A DNA stretch of 64,000 bases from Anaeramoeba ignava BMAN (taxonomy: Eukaryota; Protista; Anaeramoebae), in NCBI GenBank assembly GCA_028826165.1, contig JAPDFW010000078.1, forward strand, positions 186,001-250,000. Reading direction: 5' to 3'. Numbering within the stretch: the stretch's first letter is position 1; each line of letters starts with the position of its first letter. The notes under the pieces are model-generated. The model was not told the DNA's origin and searched no databases. It was given only the letters and a program-made list of their open reading frames with translations. The position numbers were made by a program, and so were the translations under genes. Below are positions 13,933 to 27,300 of the stretch, piece by piece.

Positions 13933-15496
13933 TTATTTTTTTTTATTATTTTTTTTCATTTTCCTTTTCTTTTTTCCTAAATTATTTTGAAGGGATTGAA
14001 AAGATTCAGGAGATTCAATTTCTTTAAAAATATCATCAATATCAACATTTATAAGTTTAGATTTTTTAATATTTTGATTTTTAATAATATTTTGATTTTT
14101 AATATTATTTTGATTTTTAATATTATTTTGATTTTTTGGAAGAGATTCTTCACTAAATGAGATTTTATTTGATTTTGTTTTTCTTTTTGTTCTGATTTTT
14201 GTAGGAATTTTTATAAAAGTATTTTGAATTTCTAATTGATTTTGATTTTCAATTTCTAATTGATTTTGATTTTCAATTTCTAATTGATTTTCATTTTCAA
14301 TTTCTAATTGATTTTCTAATTGATTTCCATTTGTAATTTCTAAATCTTCCTCTTTAACTTCAATTTTTAAATTTTGATTTAAATCATCATATTCTGAATT
14401 TTTATTTTCATTTTTATTTTCATCTGAATTTTCATCTGAATTTTTATCTGAATCTTCATCTTCATCTGAATTTTTATCATCATCTAAATTTTCAATTTCC
14501 ATTACATTTTCACTACTAAACTTATTATACTCAAAATTCTTGCCAATATGACTAATAAATTTTAAATTTTCACTAATTTTATCATCAACAATATTTGAAT
14601 CAACAATTTCTCTTTTGCAAACAGAAGAAACAATCAGCCTATTTTTATAAGCATTTCTACGCATAATTTCCAAATGAGAATTCAAACGACGACGAGCAAA
14701 AGAATAAATTTCACGTGCTTTTATTGAAGCCAACTTAACACAGTGAAGAATTTGGTCAATAGAAAGAGGAGAACCACCATTTTTTTGAACCGAACAAATT
14801 TCATCATGAGAATTAACAAGAACAGAAAGGGATCCCTGCATGGATCTTTCCTCAACAAGATTAGGATCGGCAATAAGAAAATCACCGTTATTGAAAAAAG
14901 CAAAAGTAATTGATATTGGCGTGTGATGAACACTGAGCGGAATGTATTCGCGCTCGGATTCGAGATGAATTATCTCAATTTGCTGGTCAGTAATAGTGAC
15001 TTCCTGGGCGCCTAAAGTGAAGCAATCCAAGCATGGCGGCTATACTTGCGCAATCCGCCATGTTTCCATCATAGTCGATAATTGATACATTGCACATAAT
15101 TGACCACACCTTTTTTCCTGCTAAAATGCACAGTGATTCGGTGTCAACTGCCCGGCTTTGCTTGATCCCATGCTCAATCATACGTGATATTTCCACTAAT
15201 TCTTCTTCTTCTTTTGTCTGCGATCCAAGAAACTGAGAAACTGTTTTCGAAAATCCAACCGTTATTCGTATGTTTCCTTCCGTTGGTCGATCTTTATATG
15301 GTTCTACTATTTTTCCTGTTACGCTGCACATCGCTTTTGTTGTTCCTAATGATACTTGTACTTGTCCATATTGTTTCCCAAAATTTATCTCGATTGGTCG
15401 CATTTCTTGTGGTGTTCGTCCGTCGATTCGATATCCTTCTTTGATGCAATTTTCTACAAATTTATCTTCACAATTCGTTGTTTTTTTTGTTAGCAT
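13933..15496 (-). CDS. EXOSC9: Exosome component RRP45, with a +1 nt frameshift near 15003
   Basis: RIDGR, PYKDRPTEG, SRAVDTESLCILAGKKVW, DGNMADCASIA, LLHFRRP; continues in a second frame as EVTI...PLSVHHTPI...DPNLVEE; long acidic and basic tail. Confidence 0.92.
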
Positions 15497-15514
15497 TTTA
15501 TTTTAAATTTTTAT

Positions 15515-15603
15515 GCAGAATGAAAAAATGAAAAATGAAAAAATGAAAAATGAAAAAATGAAAAATGAAAAAATGAAAAATGAAAAAATGAAAAAATGAA
15601 AAA
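15515..15603 (-). promoter_or_regulatory. Tandem TTTTCATTTT initiator-like elements upstream of RRP45; representative of a motif found before nearly every gene
   Basis: About 11 tandem copies 20-105 bp upstream of the ATG; opposite-strand copies at 15668-15692 face MON2. Confidence 0.6.
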
Positions 15604-15700
15604 TTTAATTTGATTTAAATTTGAATTAAATTTGAATTTAAATTTAATTTAATTTAGAAAATAATTTTTTCATTTTTTTCTTTTTCATTTTTTTTAATAA

Positions 15701-18700
15701 ATGAATCTATTTAAAGAATTAAGTTCTGATTTAGAACAAATTGTTTCAGAAACTAAAAAGAAAAAAAGAGAAATTAAACTCGCTCAAGAAATTGCAAAAT
15801 CTTGTTTAATTCAAGTTACAATTATAACTGATAAAAAATCAAGTAATTATAAAATGAATTATTTTATTGTTTAATTTCAAGTTTTTTTTAATTTAAATCG
15901 TTATTTTCTTTTGTGTATTTTTTTTTCATTTATTTTCTAATTAATTCTTTATTCAGATTCTGTTTTTTCTACTCGAGATGAAGAAAATATTTTATCTCCC
16001 TTTAAAATAGGTTGTCAAACAAAACAAATTAAAGTTGTTTTAATTTCTATAAATGCATTTACAAAGTTAATTAAAAGCAATACTTTATCTCAAGTAAAAT
16101 AATCTTTAACTGAATAATTTCAATATTAATTTTAATTTTAATTTCAATTTTAATTTTAATTTTAATTTTAATTTTAATATTAATTTCAATATTAATTTCA
16201 ATATTAATTTTAATTTCAATTTTAATTTTAATTTTAATTTTAATTTTAATTTTAATTTTAATTTCAATATTAATTTTAATTTCAATTTTAATTTTAATTT
16301 TAATTTCAATTTTAATTTCAATTTTAATTTCAATTTTAATTTTAATATTAATTTTAATTTCAATTTTAATTTTATAAATGAATTTTAATTTTAATTTCAA
16401 TTTCAATTTCAAAATGAATTTTAATTTTAATTTCAATATTAATAAAGTCTGGATTAAGAATAATTCTGCAAAGTATCAAAGAAGTTTACAACTTAAAAGA
16501 TGAAAACCTAAAAATTAAAATACTTCAAGTTTTATTAACTTTACTTTCAACTTCTTCAAAAGTTACTGGAGATATTCTTGCTGATATTCTTTCAATTACT
16601 TTGAACTTAAATTTAACTAAAAACCCAGTTATTCATCAAACATCAACTGCGTCAATTAGACAAATTTGTTCAATTGTTTTCGATAGAATTAAAGAACATG
16701 ATAAAGAAGAAGAAAATAATCAAAAGGAAAAACAAACAGAAATTGATTTATTATCACCTATAGATCATTTACCTAATTTTGATTTAGAAAAATTAAAGGA
16801 ATTTGATAGAGATTCATATTTTTTATTTCAAGTAATTTAGATTAAATCAATTTATATTCAAAATTTTTGTTATTAAAATTATTTCAAAATCAAAAATTAA
16901 AAAATTAAAAAATTAAAAAATCAAAAAAAAAAAGGATCTTTGTTTATTAACATTAGGAGAAAAACCAATGTGGATTCAAGCAAATAAATTAAATTCACTT
17001 TTAGGATTAGAATTGATTGAAAATTCAATTTTAACAAATGCAGAAACTATCAAAAATGTTTGGAATTTCAATATTTATATTTATATTTATATTTATATTT
17101 ATATTTATATTTATATTTAAAATATTTATATTTATATTTATATTTAAAATATTTATATTTAAAATATTTATATTTATATTTAAAATATTTAAAAAATTTA
17201 AAACAGAAACCATGGCTAATCAAGTTAATCAAAGAAAAACTCTTCCAATTAATCGTCAGCTATTTCCCATTAGATAACAAAGATTCAATGGTTGTTAGAA
17301 GAATTTTCAGAATTATACTAGTTTTAATGGAAAAATATTATCAATATTTAAAACTTGAAATGGAAACATTTATAATTAATATCCTAAAACAAATAGAACT
17401 TCAAGAACCAACAATACAAACACAAATCGGAGTAGAATCATGCAAATTCATAATTCTGCACACAGACTTGTTAAATTACATCCATAAAAATCACGAAACA
17501 AAAGAAAGAAAACACGTTCATTTATATTCATCAATTATAATTGGGATTGAAAAATTTATTCAAAAGCATTTCTTCCAAATCCCAGAATCACAAATAAGAC
17601 AAATAAATCTCAAACCATTAGAATCTAAACTCCCAACTTTATATAATTTAAATCCAAACACAGAAACAGACACATTCAACCCTATTTACAGTGTAACCAA
17701 AGCAGGAGAAGCGATGCTCGCATGTGTTACATTTCTCGGCAAGCTTTCAACAAGCGTAAAGGGAAATCCCCAACGCAAAGAAAGGCTCCGCGAAATGATA
17801 AACACATCATGGTGCAGCATAATAGCAACCCTTCCCTTGTTTTTGGATCACACTCAAGACGAGCAACAAATACAAACAATATTCAGTTCATATCAAATGT
17901 TCATTCGTGTTTGCACTTCGCTTTCCATTCTCACTCCTCGTGATGCCTTTTTAAACTCACTCATCCAGAATTGCACACCTCAAAGAATGCTCAGTTGGAT
18001 CCGTGTTTCTGATTCCAATTCTCAATTACAAAATATTAGTAATCGTCGAGATGATTCGAGTGATGATCAAAAAAAACCATTTTCATCAACTCAAAATCAA
18101 ATTGCACAACCGCAATCACAACAGCAATTGCGAAATCAAGACATGTTTTTTAGTCACAATACTCCCTTATCTCCAAAGAATATACTCGCAACAAAAACTC
18201 TCTTGAATATTGCTCAAGGATTGGGCAAAAATCTTGGCAAATCTTGGATGAGTGTTCTCAAATGCATTGAACAGCTCAATGATTTACTCTTCGCATGGGA
18301 AAATCAAGAGGACTACAACAGCCCTATGCGTTCGGATGCCTATATTCACGATGCTGCTCCACAGCTTGAATTGGGTGGGGAATCTGGTTTGGCTAAAAAT
18401 AATGCATTCCAAAGCAATATTCTTGAGAAATCTTCTCTTGATTCAACAGAAAAAAACTCTGAGATTAATCCCCAATTTGCAGAGCTCCAGATTCTTCGTA
18501 TTTCTTTGCGAAATTTCTTCCGGAGCACTGAATATCAACATGCTTCTTCTGTTGAAAATGTTGTACAAAGTCTGATTCAGTTGAATCAATCAAGTCTTAT
18601 TCTTTTTTCTTCAAGGGAAAATCATACCCGTCTTATATTCCAACGTGTTGTTTTTGAGCTTCAAACTCTACTTCAAATTACTCTTAATAATATTTCTCGT

Positions 18701-21700
18701 TTGCCTTTGATTTGGGATTTGATTATTAATCATTTACTTAATGTTTTTCATCATAAAGACGATGTTTTGAAGGATTATGTTTTGAAGAGTTTATTCCAAC
18801 TTGTGAATTTTCTTATTAAAAAAAAGGATTCATTAGATGAACATTTAAAAGATTCAAAAGAAAAATCAAAAGAAAAATCAAAAGATTCAAAAGATAAATC
18901 AAAAGATAAATCAAAAGATAATTCAAAAGAAAAATCAAAAGAAAAATCAAAAGATAATTCAAAAGATAATTCAAAAGATAAATCAAAAGATTCAAAAGAA
19001 AATGTTTCAAAAATCACTCAAAAACAAATTATTGCAGTTATTTCACAAATTCTCTCACAAACATCCCCTCAAACAGAGAGAAGAATATTTATTTATTTAG
19101 ACCAACTTCTTCAATCTCTTGGTCATCAACTTGTTGATGGTTGGGAAGTTATTATTGATGAGTTCTTTAGGATTTCTAATCAAATTTATCAAGAAGAAAC
19201 CGAAAATCAAAATGAGAATTTGAATCAAAATCAAAATCAAAATCAAATAGAAATTGAAAATGAAAATGAAAATGAAAATGAAAATTTAGGCAAAAATCCA
19301 GTCATTTCAGATCATAATATCCCTATTTATTTTGATTGCATCCAAACAATTTTCCAAGATTATCTTGCTGTTATTCCAATTTATTATTTTCCTTCACTTG
19401 CTCGAATTTTGTATTCTTTTGCAAAACAAAAAACAGATGTTAATATCTCATTCCGTTCTGTTGAATTTATGTGGACACTTGCTGATTACATATCTAAAGT
19501 TGATTCCAAAATACTTCTTTCACCAGAAACACAACAAAAATTACATAACAAAAAAAAGCAAATCAAATACATCCGAAATTTAACAAAAAACAAAATCAAC
19601 GAATTAAATACACAGAACAATATCTGGCTTTTCATCTTCGCAATTCTTCAGTCATTAACAACAGATCCACGACCAGAAGTTCGAGACTCATCACTTCAAA
19701 CTTTTTTCCTTGCACTTTCTTCTCATGGTTCACATCTTGATTCAAGTGGTTGGGAAACTGCAACTTGGCAAATTCTTTTTCCAATGCTTGCATCCATTAA
19801 AACTGAAAACACAATTGCTAAAACTCAAAATAAACAAATTGAACAAGAACTTGGTCGCAATAATGTTACTGGTGAGCGTGTTATTCTTCTTGTTCATCAC
19901 AGTAGAAATACTATCCAGAAACAATGGTCTGGTACTCTTGCTGTTGCTCTTCGTGGAACCATTCATTGCTTCATCGATTTTGTTGATGTTCTTTCTAAAA
20001 TTCCTTCTTTTCAAAAAGCTTGGAAAGAATTGATTGATTTTGTTGAAGCTGCTGCTTTGGATTCAAATCAAGATGTTTGTTTAACTGGAATTACTTGTTT
20101 TGGGGATATTTTTCTTGGAATTAAGACACTTTTTCAAAAATACTCTAAACAAAATTTAGATTCACAAAATTTAGATTCACAAAACTTAGATTCACAAAAC
20201 TTAGATTCACAAAATTTAGATTCACAAAATTTAGATTCACAAAAATTTAGATTCACAAAAATTAGATTCACAAAATTTAGCTTCACAAAAATTTAGATTC
20301 ACAAAATTTAGATTCAAAAAATTTAGATTCACAAAATTTAGATTCAAAAAATTTAGATTCAAAAAATTTAGATTCAAAAAATTTAGATTCACAAAATTTA
20401 GATTCAAAAAATTTAGATGAAAAAAATTTAGATTCAAAAAATTTAGATGAAAATTCTCAGATTTATAAAACTATGATTAACTACTTCCTTAAAGCTTTCG
20501 AATCTTCGCAACAAACAATCTTTTCTCATGAACTTTCATTCATGAAAATTATCCTTGAAACTTTTGTTTCTATCGTCAAAAATGCATTCACAAAACTTCC
20601 TTCCCTTATTATATCTCCATACGAATTTGATAGTTTTTTACGCTCTTTTTGTAGAATCGCTATTCGGGAACAGCACTATTATCAAAAACATGAAAAACCC
20701 CAAAATATGGAATTCAAAGACATGTTTTTCCCTGTTATAGACGATATCTTCCTTCTCATTCCTTCACTCACTTCAAGTACTTCATACAAGAACACATATC
20801 TTCTTTGGACACACACTTTTAATCTCATCACCGCAATTGTCTTCCCAGACATTCAATCTCTTTATTCTTCTTCCCAAAAAGACACAAATAAAACCTCACA
20901 ATTGAATCAATCTCCTGTTACTTTTGATACTCAATTTTTTGATCCTTCAAATAATTCTTCTCTTGCTCATGCGCCGACAAAACTATCCCAATTCGAATTC
21001 AAACTTTTTGAAAATGAAGATATTTTCTCTCTGGAAAATATTGATCCTTCCCCTAATCCTTGTTTCAATATTTCCCTTCTTTCTCAAGCAATCCGCACAA
21101 TCCAAAAACTCTTTCTTAATTCCTGTCCTCATCAAATTTCCGTTAAAATTTTCCCGAAAATGAGCTATATTCTCACATCTCTCATGCTTCTCAACAAGAA
21201 CTACAGTGGTTTTTCAGATGTATCCAATTCAGCTACTCTTGCATTTGTTGCTATTGTTAAGCATATCTTTGAAAACCAACAAAAAAACTTAGAGCAACAA
21301 CAAGAAGACTTTGTTTTTCTCAGAAAAAAAGTTGCTTCCACTCTTGAGAATTGTCTTTTTTCCACTTCAAAATTAACAAAAATCTCTCAAATGGAACAAC
21401 AAATTGACCAGCAAAATATCGAACTTTTTTCTTTGTTTGATTTTTTACTCCCAAATTTCCTTGATAGCGATCCTACTGTGCAAAGCAATTTGCTCAACCT
21501 CCTTTCTCGAGGTGTTTCTATTCTGATTTCCGACACATTCACACCTCAAAATGTGCCTTCTACACAGCGCAATCTCGCAAAACATTGTTTGCAGCTTATT
21601 GTTCATTGGATACAAGAATTATCCAAAGCAAAGAACAAAAACGAAAAGCAGACTAACGCAGAAACGTTTTTGATATTAACTTTCCTTGAAATATCTGCTC

Positions 21701-22038
21701 TTCTTTTGACAAAATTCTCAGAAACGGAAAAAAATAATCCTAACATAAAAATCACTATTGATCATCCCGTTTCCATTCTTGAATATCTCAGAGATCTTTC
21801 TCTGGATCCATTTTCTCTCAAAATAATCAGGGATAAATCAAAACAACTTGGTCAAGAATTCCCTTCTTTTTCTTCTCTTCTCCTTTCAAACAAGATTAAG
21901 TTAGATTTTAAATATGAAGGAGAAGCTTTCCATTTGTATTCTTTATTCCCTGTTTTTTGTGAGTGTTTAAACACAAAATTTATTCGAATTAGAGAATTAC
22001 TCCAACAAATTTTCTTCAGAATTTCTAAGAAACTCTGA
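15701..22038 (+). CDS. MON2: MON2 (Ysl2) Sec7-like endosome/Golgi scaffold; at least 5 exons, with a frameshift inside a coding repeat at about 20240-20290
   Basis: N-terminal DLEQIVSETKKK...; LKIKILQVLL, TSTASIRQ, PRDAFLNSL, DVNISFRSVEFMW, DPRPEVRDS, LLVHHSRNTIQKQW are MON2 signatures. Confidence 0.92.
20150..20455 (+). repeat. Coding 15-bp minisatellite (NLDSQ/NLDSK, about 20 copies) inside MON2
   Basis: AAAATTTAGATTCAC units; a second coding repeat (SKEK/SKDK) lies at 18850-19000. Confidence 0.93.
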
Positions 22039-22618
22039 TTATTTACTTTTTTACTTTTAAATTAATCAAAACAAATTAAACAAAATAAATTAAACAAATT
22101 AAACAAAATAAACTAAATTAAATTAAACAAATTAAATTAAATTAAACAAATTAAATTAAATTAAACAAATTAAATTAAACAAATTAAATTAGAAAATTAT
22201 TAAATTAAGAAGAGATCAAATGTTCTTTATTTTGTTTTTTTTCTTTTTGAAGAATTTTCTGTTGATCGATCAAAATGGAAGAAAAAAAACTTTTTTTGGA
22301 ATAAATAAATTTGATCTTTTTCTTAATTTTAATTTTAATTTTAATTTTAATTTTAATTTTAATTTTGATTTTAATTTTAATTTTAATTTTGATTTTGATT
22401 TAATTAAAGAAAAAAAAGTGATTTCTAAAATATTTGAAATAAAAAATGATTTGAAAAAAAATAATTAAAAAAGACATTAACAATTAAATTAAATTAAAAA
22501 AAACAAAAAAAAATTTTTTTTCATTTTTTTCATTTTCATTTTTTTCATTTCAAATAAAAAAAAAATCAAATTTAAAATTAAAAAACACGAATTTTCTTCT
22601 TATTAAAAAAAATTTGAT

Positions 22619-23997
22619 ATGAAAATTATTTTAATAATCCTTCTTATTTTATCTACACAAGCCATTTTTTTTGATATAAAAAGTTCAGAAGAGCAATGCA
22701 TAATTGAACAAGCAGATTCAATAATTTTAGTTTCAGGAACATATAAATTAAAAGATCCAATGCAATTAAATACAGATTTTATTGTTTGTTATTGAAAAAA
22801 CCAAAAAAAAAAATTTAACAAAAAAAAATTTAACAAAAGAATAAATTATCTATTTGGATAAAATTATGTGGTTGCTCTAATTAAACTTACAATTAAACTT
22901 AAAATTAAACTTAAAATTAAAATCAAACTCTAGGTTTATGATCCACATCAAAGAATTATATTAAGAAAACAACGTATCAAAGAAGGAACATTTGCATTTA
23001 CAGCAGAATTACCAGGAGAATATAAAATGTGTTTTAACACACTTACTCCTCAAAGATATCATTCACAATGTAATTTATATTTATATTTATATTTATATTT
23101 CTAATTATATTTATATTTATATTTATATTTATATTTATATTTATATTTATATTTATATTTATATTTATAATTATATTTGTATTTATAATTGTATTTATAT
23201 TTATATTTATATTTATATTTATATTTATATTTATATTTATATTTATATTTATATTTATATTTATATTTATATTTATATTTATATTTATATTTATATTTAT
23301 AATTATATTTATATTTATATTTATATTTATATTTATATTTATATTTATATTTATATTTATATTTATATTGATATTTATATTTATATTGATATTTATATTT
23401 ATTTATATATTTATATTAATATTTATATTTCTATTTCTATTTCTATTTTTATATTTATATTTATATTTATATTTATATTTATATTTATATTTATATTTAT
23501 ATTTGTATTTATATTTATATTTATATTTATATTTATATTTATATTTATATTTGTATTTGTATTTATTTAAATATTTATTAGCAATAGTAACAGATAGAGT
23601 TGAATTAAATTATAAATTTGGTCTTGCTGCTGTTGATTATGAAGAAATTGCAAAAAGAGAACACCTTGGTCCTTTAGAAAAAGAATTAAGAAAAGTAGAA
23701 GATAGTGTTGAAGACATGTATCAAAACATGATCTATTTAAGAGGAAGAGAAGAATCAATGAGAGACACAAATGGTATTATTTATATTTATTTTGATATTT
23801 ATTTTTATATTGATATTTAAATTTATATTTATTTTTATATTTATATTTATTTTTATATTGATATTTTAAAAAAAAAAGAATCTACAAATGCGCGTGTTAT
23901 GTGGTTTAATATCTTATCTATGTTGATTTTGATTGGTCTTGGTGTTGCTCAAGTTATTTACTTAAAAAATTACTTCGAAAAAAAGAAAATGATTTAA
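22619..23997 (+). CDS. TMED10: p24 delta (TMED10/Erv25) cargo receptor, 4 exons
   Basis: Signal peptide, GOLD-domain cysteines, [52 protein letters not shown] helix, tail YFEKKKMI-stop. Confidence 0.93.
23070..23581. repeat. Intronic (TTTATA)n microsatellite in TMED10; same family at 17070-17190, 36310-37115, 44630-46200 (as TATAAA) and 52550-54320 (with TTTCTA)
   Basis: Direct reading; source of the IYIY, YLYL, FIFI and ISIS ORFs. Confidence 0.95.
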
Positions 23998-24368
23998 TTC
24001 TTTCAAAATTTTAAAACAAAATATATTTTCTTACTTTACTTTACTTTTTCATTCTTTACTTTACTTTACTTTACTTTACTTTACATTCAAAAAATTTTTC
24101 CATTTTTCAAAAAAACAAAAGATTTTCTTTTCCAAATTTCCTTTTTTCTTTTTCAAATAAACAATTTACTCAAAAAAAAAAATATAAGAAAAAGATTAAA
24201 TTTAGAATTAAATTTTGAATTCTTAAAGAAGAGTTTAATGCAAATTAGTTTTCTTTCCAAATGAAAAAAGAAATTAAAAAAGAAATTAAAAAAGGAAAAG
24301 AAAAAGAAATTAAAAAAGGAAAAGAAATTTTAAAAAAGAATTTTGATTGATTTTAAAATGAATTCTTT

Positions 24369-27300
24369 TTATAGTTTATCGTTTTCTTGCAAATCATCAC
24401 CAACCAAAGCAGGTTGAGGATTAAAATCAGGATCAGCTTTTGTATCTTCATCAGATTCAATTTCAGGAAGTTTTTCAATTTGGTCATCAAATTCAATTTC
24501 ACGAAGTTTATCACCAGGTTGTTTTTTTCTTCTACAAAGATCACCTTGTTTAAATCCATGACCTGAAGGACCAAGAACAGTGCATAAAGGAAGGAAGAAG
24601 AGGAAAGAATAAGCAAATGAAAATAGAACTGTTAAAAGAACGAACTTTCCAAATTTTATAAAGAATACGATATAACACAAGAAAAGAAATAGTGAAGCTC
24701 CTATTGTTGTTGTACAACCTGAAAAGATACTAACACCAACACTATAAAGTGCATCTCGAACTCTTTTAACTCGTTTTTTTGATTTTGATGAATTAACTGC
24801 ATGAGCAAAATGAACCTAAAATTCATTTATAAAATTGAAATTAATTTATAAAATTAAAATTCATTTAGAAATTCATTTAAAAATTAAAATTGATTTTGAA
24901 ATTAAAATTCATTTTGAAATTCATTTTGAAATTCATTTTGAAATTCATTTTAAAATTAAAATTCATTTTTAAAATTAAAATTCATTTTGAAATTAAAATT
25001 GAAATTCATTTATAAAATTAAAATTCATTTATAAAATTAAAATTCATTTTGAAATTGAAATTATTTTGAAATTCATTTATGAAATTAAAATTAAAATTAA
25101 AGTTCATTTTGAAATTAAAATTCATTTTGAAATTCATTTATAAAATTAAAATTAAAATATTAAAATTGAAATTCATTTATAAAATTGATATTAAAATATT
25201 AAAATTGAAATCGGATAAAAAATAAACTTACAACATAATCAACTGCAAGTCCTGCAAGAATAGTTGCACAAATACTCTCAATAACACCTAAAGCCCAACC
25301 CATAAGCTGCATGCATCCCAAAACAGAAATAACAATGCAAGTAATTGTGAAAGTAGATAACAAACCAATTCTCCAATTCATAGTGGACAAAGTGATAACA
25401 ACAAAAGCAACAGCAATAGAAGAAACAGAACCAGTAATAGCAGATCTAATAAAGATTTTCTGAGTATTCATCCATACCCACCAACCATCAGCAGTTTGGA
25501 AACAAGAATTAACACCATAAGGAGCTTGTCCGTTTTGATTATTAACATAATTTTGCCAATCATCATAAACAGGTTTAAGTTTAGTATAAGGAATATTATT
25601 AGCCATTTTGAGAAGAGAAGAAAAAGAGGCAGTCATCAATTTGACATCGCCTTCTTTGGAGAATAAAACATCCTGGAAAAAATCATTACGACCCGGACCT
25701 TCGAGATAGGTTTTAAGCGCAACGCCAAACTCATGATTTCCACCATCAGGAATGGGGAAAGAAAGATTGTTATCAGTTCTGTACTGATGGAAATCCACCA
25801 TCACGCATTGTATATCATTCTCGGAAACAATGCTTGGATCTGCTGCTGTTTTGTTGCAAAAACTCTCGATCCACAACTGGTTCTGTGTCGGTTTAAGATC
25901 GAAGTTGTTATCCCATTCAACCGTTCCGTGAGAATCTGGATCGAATTTGTTCACGTTGCTGATGTCGTATCCCTTCAATCCCCATGTTACATCAACTTGA
26001 ACATAGCTTTTCTGTTCAATTGAAATTGGGAAATTGTTTGTTGAGTATTTCAAGAAACGCACAAAGTTACTTGAATCAGGAAGTGATTGTTCTTCATTGT
26101 CTGATGGTTTCATTTTCGCGACTGCAACAACAAAAACAATGAAAATCACTAAAAACACAACAATAAGAACCCAACGGAAAATTTTGTGTGTGATTGTTGG
26201 CGCAAATTTTAAGTACAGAAATCTTTCCACTCTTGTCATTTGTGAAGGATCCATTTTCTTGTTGAGTTTGACAGTTTGGAAAAGTTCGTTTTCGTGCGAT
26301 TTGATTTGTTCTTGGTTTTCATCCTTGTTTTTGCCTTCTTGTTCAACGTCCGAATCTTCTTCGTAAAGTGTATCTGGTTTTTGGAAAAGAGCCGGTTCTT
26401 TTTGATCATCGAATTCTTGAGTATCGATTCCATCCCAATCCATTGCTAGTTTATCTGAACGTTTGCAATTGCAACAGCATACTTTGTTACAAGCTTTGGT
26501 TCCGCAAGTCGAACAACAAACATTTTGTTCCTTTTCGTAAGATAGAAATCCTCCTTTGATTTTGCGTTTGCAAGCGCAGCACCAGCAGCAATGATGATGA
26601 GAGTAATATTTTTCATACATAACAACAATTGCTGGAAATAATGTGATTACTAAAATGTAATTTATTGTAACAAGCTATAAATAATATAAATAATAAGAAA
26701 TAAATAATATAAATAATATAAATAATATAAATAATATAAATAAAATAAATAATATATAATATAAATAATATAAATAAAATAAATAATATAAATAAAATAA
26801 AAATAAATAAAATAAATAATATAAATAATATAAATAATATAAATAATATAAATAATATAAATAAATATTATAAATATTATAAATAATATAAATAATAAAT
26901 AATATAAATAATATAAATAATATAAATAATATAAATAATATAAATAATAATAAATATAGTAAATAAATAATATAAATAAAATAAATAATATAAATAAATA
27001 TTGTGTCTGTTTTTTTTACACAAAATGCAAAAATTCCAAAACTTGAAATTTCAACAATAGGATTAATTGCTGTAACCAAAAAAGCAAATGCAGTAGTTGC
27101 AGATGTTATTGCCATTGCTTTTGCAGCATGAGGATAAGTCCATTTCATTCTGTTTAAAAGAGAATCATTAATTGGAGATCCTTGATGACGAGAGTGATTC
27201 CTAAAAATTAAATTAAAAATTCAATTAAAAAATTCAATTAAAAATTAAATTAAAAATTAAATTAAAAATTAAAAATTCAATTAAAAATTCAATTAAAAAT

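Noticed and set aside
20075-20460. Possible intron removing the MON2 NLDSQ repeat
   Set aside because: The only in-phase donor would delete a conserved MON2 helix (VCLTGITCFGDIF); extra A residues in A-runs explain the frame change more simply
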